A DNA stretch of 64,000 nt from an uncultured Acidimicrobiaceae bacterium (GTDB lineage Bacteria > Actinomycetota > Acidimicrobiia > Acidimicrobiales > RAAP-2), in contig CAWICL010000032.1 in the NCBI GenBank assembly GCA_963834545.1, positions 2,472 to 66,471 on the forward strand. The letters are read 5' to 3'. Shown one piece after another: positions 28,170-37,865 of the stretch. Made by a program: the position numbers and the translations under genes. Position 1 is the first letter of the stretch; every line of letters starts with the position of its first letter. Under the pieces are notes generated by a model. The model had not been told where the DNA came from and did no database searches. It saw only the letters and a program-made list of their open reading frames with translations.

Positions 28170-28659
28170 TGAAGTTGCACGATCTCAAATCACCCGAAGG
28201 CTCGATCAAGCGAAAGAAGATCGTCGGTCGTGGTATTGGTGGCAGCGGTGGCAAGACCGCCGGACGAGGCACGAAGGGCCAGAAGGCTCGTCGCCAGATC
28301 CCGGCGGGCTTCGAGGGTGGCCAGTTGCCGCTGCTCCAGCGCATCCCCAAGCTGAAGGGCTTCACCAACCCCTTCCGTGTCGAGTACACGCCGGTGAACC
28401 TCGACGCGCTCGTCGCGCTCGGTGTCAGCTGACATCAATCCTCGACGTGCTCTCGTCGAGCAGGGCCTCGCTCGCAAGAAGGACTTCGTGAAGGTCCTCG
28501 GCCGCGGTGAGCTCAGCACGCGATGAACGTCGTCGGCGCACCGTTTCTCGGCGTCGGCCAAAGCCGCCATCGAGGCCGCGGGCGGCACGACGACGCGTGC
28601 TCGACCTGCCCTTCGCCGTGCGTCCTCCGGCGGCGGGCAACCAACACCAGAACCGCTAG
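28169..28659 (+). CDS. rplO: 50S ribosomal protein L15 (frameshifted C-terminus)
   Basis: [28 protein letters not shown]; VKVLGRGE; [14 protein letters not shown]. Confidence 0.92.
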
Positions 28660-28669
28660 GGTTCGACCA

Positions 28670-29957
28670 GTGCTGCGGCGACTCTCGAACATCTTTCGTG
28701 TACCGGACCTTCGCAACAAGGTCCTGTTCACGATCGGCATCATCTGCCTCTACCAGGCCGGTGCGAACATCCCCATCCCGGGCGTAAGCTGGTCCCAGGT
28801 CAATGTACTCCAGACGCAAGGCGGCCAGTGGTGTGCTCGGCTTCTTGAACCTGTTCTCGGGCGGGGCCCTGACGCGTCTGGCGGTCTTTGGACTCGGCGT
28901 CATGCCCTACATCACCAGTTCCATCGTGATCCAACTGCTCACGACGGTCATCCCCAAGCTCGCCGAGTGGCGCGACCAGGGTGCCGTTGGACAAAAGCGC
29001 ATCACCCAGACAACGCGCTATCTCACCATTGGCCTCGCGCTCTTGCAGTCAACCGGACTGATCTACGCGTTCCACGGTCACGACCAGGCCCTGCTCGGCT
29101 TCAACATCGACCTGATTCCCAAGTTCTCACTGTCGCTTGGGCTGTTCATGGTCGCGATCATGACCGCGGGAACAGCCTTCGTCATGTGGCTCGCCGAACT
29201 CATCACCCAGCGCGGTATTGGCCAGGGCATGAGTCTGTTGATCTTCGCCAACGTCGTCGCGGGCATGCCCTCGGGCGGGCGAGCCGTCTGGAGCGAGGGT
29301 GGTCCCACCAAGTTCTTCGTGATCCTCGCGGTGTCGCTTGGTCTGCTGGTGTTGATCGTTTTCATGGATAACGGCCAGCGCCGCATCCCGGTGACCTTCG
29401 CGCGACGCGTCGTCGGTCGAAAGGAAATGGGCGGCAACAGCACGTACATCCCGCTGAAGGTCAACCAGTCGGGTGTTATTCCGATCATCTTCGCGTCGTC
29501 GGTGCTCTACATCCCGATGTTGTTGTCCAACATCGTGCCGTGGACGAGTTTTCAGAACTTCGTGAACTCGTCACTGCACCCGACCAGCTTCTTCTACATC
29601 TTCGCCGACTTCATCTTGATCCTCGCCTTCACCTTCTTCTACGTCTACATCGCCTTTGAGCCGCACCAGCAAGCCGAGATGTTGCGTCAGCAAGGTGGTT
29701 TCGTGCCGGGCATCCGACCGGGACTGCCGACCGAGAAGTACTTCGCCAAGATGCTCAGTCGCATCACGGTCGTGGGCGCGGTGTTCCTCGCCTCGGTGGC
29801 GGTGGTGCCGAGCATCTTGATGGCGCTGTGGAATATCAACCGATTCCCGTATTACGGCACCACGTTGCTCATCGCCGTGGGAGTGGCGCTCGAGACGATG
29901 CGTCAGATCGACTCACAGCTCATGATGCGTAACTACGAGGGATTCCTGAAGAGGTAG
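28670..29957 (+). CDS. secY: Preprotein translocase subunit SecY (frameshift near 28810)
   Basis: DLRNKVLFT..IPIPG; LGVMPYITSSI, ITQRGIGQGMSL, VNQSGVIPIIFA, GFVPGIRPG. Confidence 0.96.
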
Positions 29958-29959
29958 CC

Positions 29960-30619
29960 ATGACGGCACGTCTCAACCTGGTGGTACTCGGCAAGCAGGG
30001 CGCCGGTAAGGGTACTCAGTGCAAGCGTCTCGCCGAGATCTACACGATTCCTCACGTCTCGACCGGTGACATGCTTCGAGCGGCCGTGAAGGCCGGCTCG
30101 CCACTCGGAAAAGAGGTGGCGGCGATCATGGACGCGGGCGCCTTGGTCTCGGACGATCTCGTCAATCGCCTGGTCGACGAACGCTTCAAAGAGCCCGACG
30201 CCGTGGGCGGAGCCTTGCTCGACGGATTTCCTCGCACCCTCGCCCAGGCTGAAGCACTCGAGCAACTCCTCGGGTCTGACGGGATCAAGCTCTGCATCAA
30301 CCTCGACGTGCCCATTGAACTCGTGACCGAGCGACTGAGTTCACGACGCGTGTGCCAAGAGTGCGGCAACATCTATAAGGACACCGACATCGAAGCCATC
30401 TCGGGAACCTGCTCGAACTGCGGGGGTGACGTCATTCAGCGCAACGACGATCAGCCCGAAGCCATTCGCAAGCGACTCGAGGCCTACGAGCGTGACACCG
30501 AGCCGCTCCTCGACTTCTACGAGCACCGCGGACTCTTGGTACGCGTCGACGGCGCCAAGAGCCCCGATGAGGTGACCAAGGAGATCAAACGCGTGGTCCA
30601 CGAGCGGGGCCTCGCGTGA
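29960..30619 (+). CDS. adk: Adenylate kinase with zinc LID
   Basis: GKQGAGKGTQ, STGDMLR, LDGFPRT, CQEC..CSNC. Confidence 0.97.
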   Translation: MTARLNLVVLGKQGAGKGTQCKRLAEIYTIPHVSTGDMLRAAVKAGSPLGKEVAAIMDAGALVSDDLVNRLVDERFKEPDAVGGALLDGFPRTLAQAEALEQLLGSDGIKLCINLDVPIELVTERLSSRRVCQECGNIYKDTDIEAISGTCSNCGGDVIQRNDDQPEAIRKRLEAYERDTEPLLDFYEHRGLLVRVDGAKSPDEVTKEIKRVVHERGLA

Positions 30620-31356
30620 GAAGGTCGGCCGAGGAACTGAACAAGATGCGTAAGGCCGGCAAGGTCGTCGCCGAGATGCACGAAGTAACGCGTCAGGCAC
30701 TTCGACCCGGTGTGACGACGATGCAACTGAACGAGATCGCCGCCGAGGTGCTCGTCAAGCGCGGCGCGCGCTCGAACTTCCTCAACTACCACGGTTTTCC
30801 CGCGGTGATCTGCACGAGTCCCAATGACATGATCGTGCACGGCATCCCCGGTGGTTACGCCTTAAAAGAGGGCGACATCATCTCGATCGACTGCGGTGCA
30901 ATCATCGAGGGCTATCACGGGGACGCCGCCTACACCGCGGGCGTCGGCGCGATCAGTGACCTCGCTCAGAAGCTCATCGACGTGACCGAACGCTCACTGT
31001 GGGCGGGCATTGAACAACTGCGTATCGGTACGCGACTGCACGAGGTGGGTCGCGCAGTCCAACAGGTCGCCGAGGCGGCAGGTTTTTCGGTGGTGCGAGA
31101 CTACGTGGGTCACGCGATCGGCACCGAGATGCACGAGAGTCCCCAGGTGCCCAATTACTGGCCCGGGACACCCGGCCCCACGTTAAAAGAGGGCATGGTC
31201 TTTGCGATTGAGCCCATGGTGAACGTTGGGAGCTACGACTCCTACGTGCTCGACGACGGCTGGGGCGTGATGACCGAAGACGGTCAACTGTCCGCGCATT
31301 TCGAGCACACCATCGCGGTGACCGAGAACGGCCCCGAGGTCTTTACCGTCGCCTAG
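30616..31356 (+). CDS. map: Methionine aminopeptidase type I
   Basis: IVHGIP, SIDCG..HGD, GHAIG..MHE, AIEPM, SAHFEHT. Confidence 0.97.
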   Translation: MRRSAEELNKMRKAGKVVAEMHEVTRQALRPGVTTMQLNEIAAEVLVKRGARSNFLNYHGFPAVICTSPNDMIVHGIPGGYALKEGDIISIDCGAIIEGYHGDAAYTAGVGAISDLAQKLIDVTERSLWAGIEQLRIGTRLHEVGRAVQQVAEAAGFSVVRDYVGHAIGTEMHESPQVPNYWPGTPGPTLKEGMVFAIEPMVNVGSYDSYVLDDGWGVMTEDGQLSAHFEHTIAVTENGPEVFTVA

Positions 31357-31999
31357 TCGCGCGGGTGCGTGCGGTCGAATTGTCGCTGCGCGAACAGCGC
31401 CGCCTCGGTGCGGCGCTGGAACCCGAGTTTCGCGAGCAGGTTCGAGACGTAGTTCTTCACCGTCTTCTCGGCGAGGAACATCACGTCGGCGATCTCGCGA
31501 TTACTGAGACCCTCGCTGAGGAGCTCGAGGATCCGCTGTTCTTGGGGACTCGAGCTCTCGAGCCGAATGTCCTCGGCGATTTGTCGGCGGAGTCGCTCGC
31601 GTTCGGCCCGCTCGATCTGATCGTTGGTCGTGGAGGTTCGCCCGCTCGCGACGCGACGGATCGAATTAGATCAGATCGTCGCCGCGGACGTTCTTCAAGA
31701 CGTAGCCCCGTGCGCCCGCGAGCACCGAGGCGTTCAGGGCCTCGTTGTCGGCGAAGGACGTCAGCATCAGGCAGGCCAAGTCGGCCGACGCTCTTCAGTG
31801 AACGGCAGAGGTCGACGCCGCTGCCGTCGGGAAGCGCACGTCAAGCACCGCGACGTCGACTCGTCGAGAGAAATCTCGAGGGCTCGTTTCCAACGAACCC
31901 GGCTTCGGCGACGACCTTGAGGTCGCGGTTGGACTCGAGGAGTTCGCGCAGACCGCGACGAACGATCTCGTGGTCGTCTACGAGCAGAAGTCGAATCAC
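31353..31999 (-). CDS. NarL/LuxR-family response regulator, DosR/DevR-like (several indels; sequencing error or pseudogene)
   Basis: Reverse-strand reading: [93 protein letters not shown]. Confidence 0.85.
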
Positions 32000-32000
32000 G

Positions 32001-33137
32001 TCAATCCAGTCGGTTGGCGGTCCAGCGAACTTGCGTGCCGAGGCCGATCTCTGAGTCTATAAAGCAATCGCCTCCCAGGTCGCGTGCGCGCGAGGCCAGG
32101 TTGCGAAGCCCCCTCCCGCCACTCGATGACGACGCGAAGCCCACCCCGTTGTCACTCACGATGAGCACGAGCAGGTTCTCATCGACGCTCACCTGCACCT
32201 CGACCGCACTCGCCCGAGAATGACGCACCACGTTGGAGAGGATTTCGCGAACCGCCTGGACGGCGTGCTGGGCGCAATGTTGAGCGACCAGGTCGTCAAT
32301 ACCGGGGAGCGTATCGATCGAGACCTTCACCCCCAACCTCGTCGCCACTTCAACCCCGAGGGCGCGGATTCGCTGCTCGAGCGAGACGTCCTCGGAATGC
32401 TCCTGGTCGATCTCGAAGATCGTGGTTCGAATATCGTGAATCGTCTCGTTGAGCTCGTCGAGTGAGGTGTTGATGCGGGTGCGTGTCGTATCGTCCAGTG
32501 ACGAACTGAGCGAGAGTTGCAGCGAGAGTCCCACGCCGAAGAGACGCTGGATGACGGTATCGTGCAGATCGCGCGCCAAGCGTTCTCGCTCCTCACTGAT
32601 GGAGAGTTCACGAACGTGACTGCGCAGTTTCGCCTGGTCGATTACGAGACCCGCGGCGCGTCCAAAACCGGCGACCAAGTCCTCGTCTTCGGAACTGAAC
32701 GGTTGGCCATTGATTGGTTCGGTGAGGTATAAGTTGCCGTAGACGCGACCGTCGTCGGTGCGCACGGGCACTCCGAGGAACTGGGTCATCGGTGGGTGGT
32801 TCGCCGGAAAGCCCGAACGATCGGGATGCTTCGCGATGTCCTCGACGCGAAGGGGATGCCCGAGTCGAATGACCTCGCCGAGGAGACCGCGGCCCTTCGG
32901 CAGATCACCAATCGCGGCGCGTTCGTCGTCGCTCACGCCGTGGGTGATGAAACTGGCGAGGGTCGTGCCATCACTCGCGAGCACGCCGAGTGCACCGTAA
33001 CGAGCACCAACCAGATTGGTCGCCGATTCCACGATGCTTTCGAGAAGGGTCGTGAGATTCGCGTCGGTCTCAATGAGCAAGATGGCATCAATGAGTGCGT
33101 GCAGTCGCTTGGGATCACTGATTCGGTGAAAGGCCAT
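32001..33137 (-). CDS. GAF-domain HisKA_3 sensor histidine kinase, DosS/DevS-like with a single GAF
   Basis: ARYGALGVL, GFPANHPPM..FLGVPV, GNLYLTE, RERLARDLHDTVIQRLF, EILSNVVRH, DNGVG, GRGL. Confidence 0.9.
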   Translation of the reverse strand: MAFHRISDPKRLHALIDAILLIETDANLTTLLESIVESATNLVGARYGALGVLASDGTTLASFITHGVSDDERAAIGDLPKGRGLLGEVIRLGHPLRVEDIAKHPDRSGFPANHPPMTQFLGVPVRTDDGRVYGNLYLTEPINGQPFSSEDEDLVAGFGRAAGLVIDQAKLRSHVRELSISEERERLARDLHDTVIQRLFGVGLSLQLSLSSSLDDTTRTRINTSLDELNETIHDIRTTIFEIDQEHSEDVSLEQRIRALGVEVATRLGVKVSIDTLPGIDDLVAQHCAQHAVQAVREILSNVVRHSRASAVEVQVSVDENLLVLIVSDNGVGFASSSSGGRGLRNLASRARDLGGDCFIDSEIGLGTQVRWTANRLD

Positions 33138-33197
33138 TGGAACGAGCCTTTCACACGATGGAAACAATTGGCAATGCTTTTGACGAAAAGCGCGGTG

Positions 33198-33590
33198 TTA
33201 TCCCCGTTGACCCACGACCACCGAGAGCGGGAGTTTTACCAGTGCGCCACCACGCGCAATCGCACTCGTCAAGCCTTCATTGAGCGGTTCATCACCGTCG
33301 GGTACGCGCGCGATGCCCGAAGCCATGACTGACCACGTCAGTCCATCGTTATCGATTCCGTCAATTTGTATAGAAATGACGTCATTGCGTCGTGCGGCAA
33401 GAATCACGGCGGGATCAGCGCTCGCGAGAATGACGTTGTCCGGATCGACGAGGCTCATACGAGCCGGTAGTGCAACCGGGAGGCACTTCACCGAGATGAC
33501 GATTCGAGCCAGGCTCGTAGCGCCCAGGAGCCGAATGCACTCGTCACGGTGCATTGATTCGGCAACGAAGGTCGTCATGGGCTCTGCCAT
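33198..33590 (-). CDS. Pyridoxamine 5'-phosphate oxidase-like (split-barrel) protein
   Basis: DECIRLL..LARI..LPVALP, ISIQIDGID..TWSVMASG; this family often neighbours DosR systems. Confidence 0.7.
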   Translation of the reverse strand: MAEPMTTFVAESMHRDECIRLLGATSLARIVISVKCLPVALPARMSLVDPDNVILASADPAVILAARRNDVISIQIDGIDNDGLTWSVMASGIARVPDGDEPLNEGLTSAIARGGALVKLPLSVVVGQRG

Positions 33591-33623
33591 CTATCTAGCA
33601 TTGACGAGATTTCGGGCAGGCCA

Positions 33624-33643
33624 CTAGGGTCCCTGGTCACAAC
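33624..33643. promoter_or_regulatory. Putative DosR/DevR-type binding site
   Basis: CTAGGGTCCCTGGTCACAAC versus DosR core GGGAC-N4-GTCCC (2 mismatches), centred ~43 bp upstream of the 33590 start. Confidence 0.45.
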
Positions 33644-33698
33644 TTGGGAAATTTCGGGCATTTGGGACCCCGCCGACGTCCGAGGTCCGGGCGGGCTT

Positions 33699-33726
33699 TT
33701 GCATTTACCCAAAAGAACGGTAGAAT
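33699..33726 (+). promoter_or_regulatory. Sigma-A-type promoter for the infA/alpha operon
   Basis: TTGCAT-N16-TAGAAT. Confidence 0.55.
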
Positions 33727-33817
33727 GGTCAGCCGACCTCTTGGGAGCCCGAGAGGTCTAACCGTGAAGGAGTTTTTTGCTCCTTGACGTCGTAGTGCCC
33801 CAACAAGGAGAAAGAAC

Positions 33818-34042
33818 CTGAGTAAGCCAAAGGAAGACGCGTTCACCGTTGAGGGGACCGTCGTAGAACCTCTACCCAACGCCATGTTCCGTGTTGAGCT
33901 GGAGAACGGTTACACCGTCCTCGCTCACAGTTCGGGGAAAATGCGCATGCACCGCATCCGTATCCTTCCCGGCGACAAGGTGCAAGTCGAGATTACGCCC
34001 TACGACATGACTCGCGGACGCATCACCTACCGCTACAAATAA
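33818..34042 (+). CDS. infA: Translation initiation factor IF-1 (74 aa, CTG start; not in ORF track)
   Basis: (M)[73 protein letters not shown]; AAGGAG 7 nt upstream. Confidence 0.95.
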   Translation: MSKPKEDAFTVEGTVVEPLPNAMFRVELENGYTVLAHSSGKMRMHRIRILPGDKVQVEITPYDMTRGRITYRYK

Positions 34043-34075
34043 CTCACGTTCCAAAGAGTTCGAGAAAGAAACGAC

Positions 34076-34189
34076 ATGAAGGTTCGCGCCAGCGTCAAGA
34101 CCATGTGTGAGAAGTGCAAGGTGATCCGTCGATCGGGTCACGTGCGCGTCATATGCGAGAACCCGCGTCACAAGCAGCGTCAGGGCTAG
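34076..34189 (+). CDS. rpmJ: 50S ribosomal protein L36, zinc type (not in ORF track)
   Basis: [37 protein letters not shown]. Confidence 0.97.
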   Translation: MKVRASVKTMCEKCKVIRRSGHVRVICENPRHKQRQG

Positions 34190-34201
34190 GAGAGGAAAAG
34201 T

Positions 34202-34579
34202 ATGGCCCGTATTGCCGGAGTAGACATCCCTCGCGAGAAGCGAACGGTGATCTCGCTCACGTACATCTTTGGAGTTGGTCCAACTATCGCCGAGCAGATC
34301 TGTGCTGCCACGGGCGTCGACGAGTCGACGCGCGTGAAGGACCTCAGCGAAGCCGACGTCAACAAGTTGCGCGCCTACATCGACCAAAACGTCACCGTCG
34401 AAGGTGACCTTCGTCGCGACGTTGCCCAAGACATCAAGCGCAAGATGGAGATCAATTGCCTCCAGGGCATCCGACACCGCAAGGGTCTGCCCGTTCGTGG
34501 TCAGCGCACCCGCACTAACGCTCGTACCCGTAAGGGACCCAAGCGCACAGTCGCCGGCAAGAAGAAGGTAACGAAGTAA
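34202..34579 (+). CDS. rpsM: 30S ribosomal protein S13
   Basis: [28 protein letters not shown]. Confidence 0.99.
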   Translation: MARIAGVDIPREKRTVISLTYIFGVGPTIAEQICAATGVDESTRVKDLSEADVNKLRAYIDQNVTVEGDLRRDVAQDIKRKMEINCLQGIRHRKGLPVRGQRTRTNARTRKGPKRTVAGKKKVTK

Positions 34580-34974
34580 TGGCTAAGCCAACCACGGTCC
34601 GCAAGGGACGTCGCAAGGAACGCAAGAACGTCGCCTTTGGTGTCGCGCACATCAAGTCTTCGTTCAACAACACCATCGTGTCGATCACCGATCCCGAGGG
34701 CAACGTCTTGTCGTGGGCCTCATCGGGACAAGTCGGTTTCAAGGGATCGCGAAAGTCCACGCCCTACGCCGCACAACTCGCCGCGGAGAAGTGCGCGCGT
34801 GCCGCGATGGAACACGGCGTGAAGAAGGTCGACGTGCTCGTGCGCGGTCCGGGTTCGGGTCGCGAGACCGCGATCCGTTCTATTGCCGCTGCCGGGATTG
34901 AAGTCGTGGCGATCAAGGACGTCACGCCGTTGCCGCACAATGGATGTCGTCCCAAGAAGCGTCGTAGGGGTTAA
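34579..34974 (+). CDS. rpsK: 30S ribosomal protein S11
   Basis: [33 protein letters not shown]. Confidence 0.99.
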   Translation: MAKPTTVRKGRRKERKNVAFGVAHIKSSFNNTIVSITDPEGNVLSWASSGQVGFKGSRKSTPYAAQLAAEKCARAAMEHGVKKVDVLVRGPGSGRETAIRSIAAAGIEVVAIKDVTPLPHNGCRPKKRRRG

Positions 34975-34979
34975 GGATC

Positions 34980-35625
34980 ATGGCTCGATACACCGGACCC
35001 GTTTGTCGCCTCTGTCGTCGTGAACGAACCAAGTTGTACCTGAAGGGCGAGCGATGCTTCACCTTGAAGTGCCCCGTCGCCGAGAACTCGGACCGCCAGA
35101 CGCGCGCGTTCCCTCCGGGCATGCACGGTCGTGACCGTCAGCGTCAGGGCTCGGAGTACCTGACCCAGTTGCGTGAGAAGCAAAAAGCGCGCCGTATCTA
35201 TGGACTCTTGGAGAAGCAGTTTCGCAATCTTTACGAAGAAGCGAGTCGCCGTCCGGGAATGACCGGTACCAATCTTCTTCAGTTCCTTGAGTGTCGACTC
35301 GACAACGTCGCCTACCGTGCCGGTTGGGGTGCCAGCCGCGCTCAGGCTCGCCAATTGGTTCGCCACGGACACGTGACCGTCAACGGCAAACGCGTGACGA
35401 TTCCTTCGTACCGGGTACGCCCCGGTGAGGTCGTGGCCTTAAAAGCCGGGACGCAAAACAACTTCAACGTCAAGCGCAACCTGGACGTCTTGGACCTGCG
35501 CGGTACCGGGCTGGCTCGAAACGAGCGACAACGGCTTTGGTGTCACGGTGCGTGTCGTGCCCCAGCGTGAACAGATCGATGAATCAATCCAAGAGCAGCT
35601 CATTGTCGAGCTGTACTCGAAGTAA
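34980..35625 (+). CDS. rpsD: 30S ribosomal protein S4, four-Cys type (frameshift near 35500)
   Basis: [32 protein letters not shown]; ends [13 protein letters not shown]. Confidence 0.95.
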
Positions 35626-35656
35626 TCCCACACAGCAACGTTCTTAAGGAGTCCCC

Positions 35657-36598
35657 ATGTTGATTATCCAACGACCAACTATCGAAGCCATCGGCGACGA
35701 GATCAACAACCGCCAGTCCTTTGGCATTGGTCCACTCGACCCCGGTTTTGGTCACACGCTCGGTAACTCGCTGCGACGAACCCTGCTATCATCAATCCCC
35801 GGTGCCGCGGCGACGCGCGTGAAGTTCGATGCCGTGTTGCACGAGTTCGGTGTGATCGAAGGCGTGAAGGAAGACGTCCAGGACATCTGCTTGAACCTGA
35901 AGGATCTCTTGCTCGTCGTTCACTCGGACGAGCCCGTGACCCTTCGACTCGACAAGCGCAGCGAGGGACCGGTGACCGCGGCGGACCTCTCCAAGACCGC
36001 CGACGTTGAGATTTTGAACCCCGACCTGCACCTCGCCTACTTCACCAACTCCAAGAGTGCGCTCACCTTTGAATTGACGGTCGAGCGGGGTAAGGGTTAC
36101 GTGGGCGCCGAGGGCAACAAGGGTTCTTCTACGATCGGCGTGATTCCCCTGGACGCGATCTTTACTCCGGTGCGTCGTGTCAGTTTTGAGATCGAGCCCG
36201 TTCGTGTCGAGCAGTCCAAGGACTTCGACCGCCTGGTGATCGACATCGAGACCGATGGTTCGATTAGTCCTCGCGAAGCGCTCGCCTCAGCGGGTAAGAC
36301 CCTCGGCTCACTCGTCGAACTCATCGGGAGCTTTGATGAGGAAGCGCCGTCGCTCGAACTCGGCGACGTTGGCACGGCTCAAGCGGCAGCGTCCGAACTC
36401 GACATCCGTATCGAAGAGCTGGGCCTTACCGAGCGTTCACGAAACTGCCTGAAGCGTGCGGGCATCAACACGATTGCCCAACTCGTCAACGCCACCGAGC
36501 GTGACCTCACCTCGATCACCAACTTCGGCGCGACCTCGCTGAAGGACGTCACTGACCGCCTCGACGAGCGTGGTCTCTCGCTTCGAGTAGAGGACTAA
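35657..36598 (+). CDS. rpoA: RNA polymerase alpha subunit
   Basis: GFGHTLGNSLRRTLLSSIPG, LHEF, NCLKRAGI. Confidence 0.98.
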   Translation: MLIIQRPTIEAIGDEINNRQSFGIGPLDPGFGHTLGNSLRRTLLSSIPGAAATRVKFDAVLHEFGVIEGVKEDVQDICLNLKDLLLVVHSDEPVTLRLDKRSEGPVTAADLSKTADVEILNPDLHLAYFTNSKSALTFELTVERGKGYVGAEGNKGSSTIGVIPLDAIFTPVRRVSFEIEPVRVEQSKDFDRLVIDIETDGSISPREALASAGKTLGSLVELIGSFDEEAPSLELGDVGTAQAAASELDIRIEELGLTERSRNCLKRAGINTIAQLVNATERDLTSITNFGATSLKDVTDRLDERGLSLRVED

Positions 36599-36600
36599 GT

Positions 36601-36963
36601 ATGCGCGGAACTCCGACCAAGGGAAAGCGCTTCGGCGGCGACAGCGCGCACCAAAAGGCGTTGATGGGAAACCTCGTCGCCTCGATGATTGCGGCCGAAT
36701 CCATTGTCACCACGGAAGCCAAGGCGAAGGCGCTGCGACCCATTGTTGAAAAAGTGGTCACCGCGGCGAAGAACTCGCCCGAGGGCTCAGTGCACGCGCA
36801 GCGTCGTGTCGTTGCGTTCATTCGTGATAAGGACATGACCCACAAGCTGTTCACCGAGATCGCGCCGCGCTACAGCGACCGTCCGGGTGGCTACACCCGC
36901 ATCTTGAAGCTTGGACCGCGTCAGGGTGACAACGCCCCGATGGCGCGCATTGAGTTCGTCTGA
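36601..36963 (+). CDS. rplQ: 50S ribosomal protein L17
   Basis: IVTTEAKAK, RPGGYTRILK..GDNAPMA. Confidence 0.98.
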   Translation: MRGTPTKGKRFGGDSAHQKALMGNLVASMIAAESIVTTEAKAKALRPIVEKVVTAAKNSPEGSVHAQRRVVAFIRDKDMTHKLFTEIAPRYSDRPGGYTRILKLGPRQGDNAPMARIEFV

Positions 36964-37819
36964 TTCAACTGTCGCCACCACCCAACGGTGGCGACTTGAC
37001 ATTGCCTACGATGGCGCCGCCTTTAGTGGGTTCGCCTACCAGCCCGAGTTCACGACGGTCGTTGGCTTGTTACGCGAAACCTTCGCGAGCACGCTGCATC
37101 TGAGTGAACAGCCCCTCATTGTCGGAGCTGGTCGCACCGACGCGGGCGTGCACGCCTTTGCCCAGGTGATTCACGTCGACCTGCCAACGACGCTCTTCGC
37201 GAAGAATCGAGGTTGCCGGATCCCGATCGTCTGGCGCTATCGCTCAACAAGCAACTTCGTGGTCGGCTCAGGGTGCTTCGAGCGTTGCCGGTTTCCGACG
37301 AATTTCACGCGCGCTTTTCGGCGACGTGGCGCGAATACCGCTACCTCGTTCTCGAGACCATCCCGCCGGCACTCGAACTCACCAACGCGTGGTCCTGGGG
37401 TGTCGAGGGCGCTCGACCTTGCGGCGATGAACCGGGCAACGAGCGACATCCTTGGAACCCACGACTTTCGTGCGTTCTGTCGTCGCCCTACCAACAGCGA
37501 CGCGGGTGAGCCCCTGACCCGACACGTCTACGAAGCTCGCTGGGAGCGAATTGAGGATTCCTGGTCAATGAGTCCGCAAAATGAGACGGTCGTACGCCTC
37601 GCGATTCGCGCCCAGTCGTTTTGTCACAACATGGTTCGCTGCCTGGTTTCGGCCATGGTCGCCGTGGGACAGGGGCGAATCGCCGAAAATACCCTAAAAG
37701 AACGCCTCGAGAGCCTTCGACGGGACCATTTGCCTGCTCCCGCGCCCGCGTCGGGTCTGTGCCTCGTGGGGGTTGGGTACCCTGAATTTGCTGGCGGGGC
37801 CTCAAGTTTTGTAAGGTAG
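36950..37819 (+). CDS. truA: tRNA pseudouridine(38-40) synthase (two compensating frameshifts near 37210 and 37405)
   Basis: IAYDGAAFSG, AGRTDAGVHA; FHARFSA..REYRY in the alternate frame; GTHDFRAF, FCHNMVR, APASGL. Confidence 0.93.
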   Translation: MSSSDSTVATTQRWRLDIAYDGAAFSGFAYQPEFTTVVGLLRETFASTLHLSEQPLIVGAGRTDAGVHAFAQVIHVDLPTTLFAKNRGCRIPIVWRYRSTSNFVVGSGCFERCRFPTNFTRAFRRRGANTATSFSRPSRRHSNSPTRGPGVSRALDLAAMNRATSDILGTHDFRAFCRRPTNSDAGEPLTRHVYEARWERIEDSWSMSPQNETVVRLAIRAQSFCHNMVRCLVSAMVAVGQGRIAENTLKERLESLRRDHLPAPAPASGLCLVGVGYPEFAGGASSFVR

Positions 37820-37865
37820 AGAGTCCCTTAGGTCCGCTGGCCCGAAGATCGCTGAAGGAATATCT

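Noticed and set aside
31365-32054. 229-aa plus-strand ORF after map
   Set aside because: Antisense shadow of the DosR-like regulator on the minus strand
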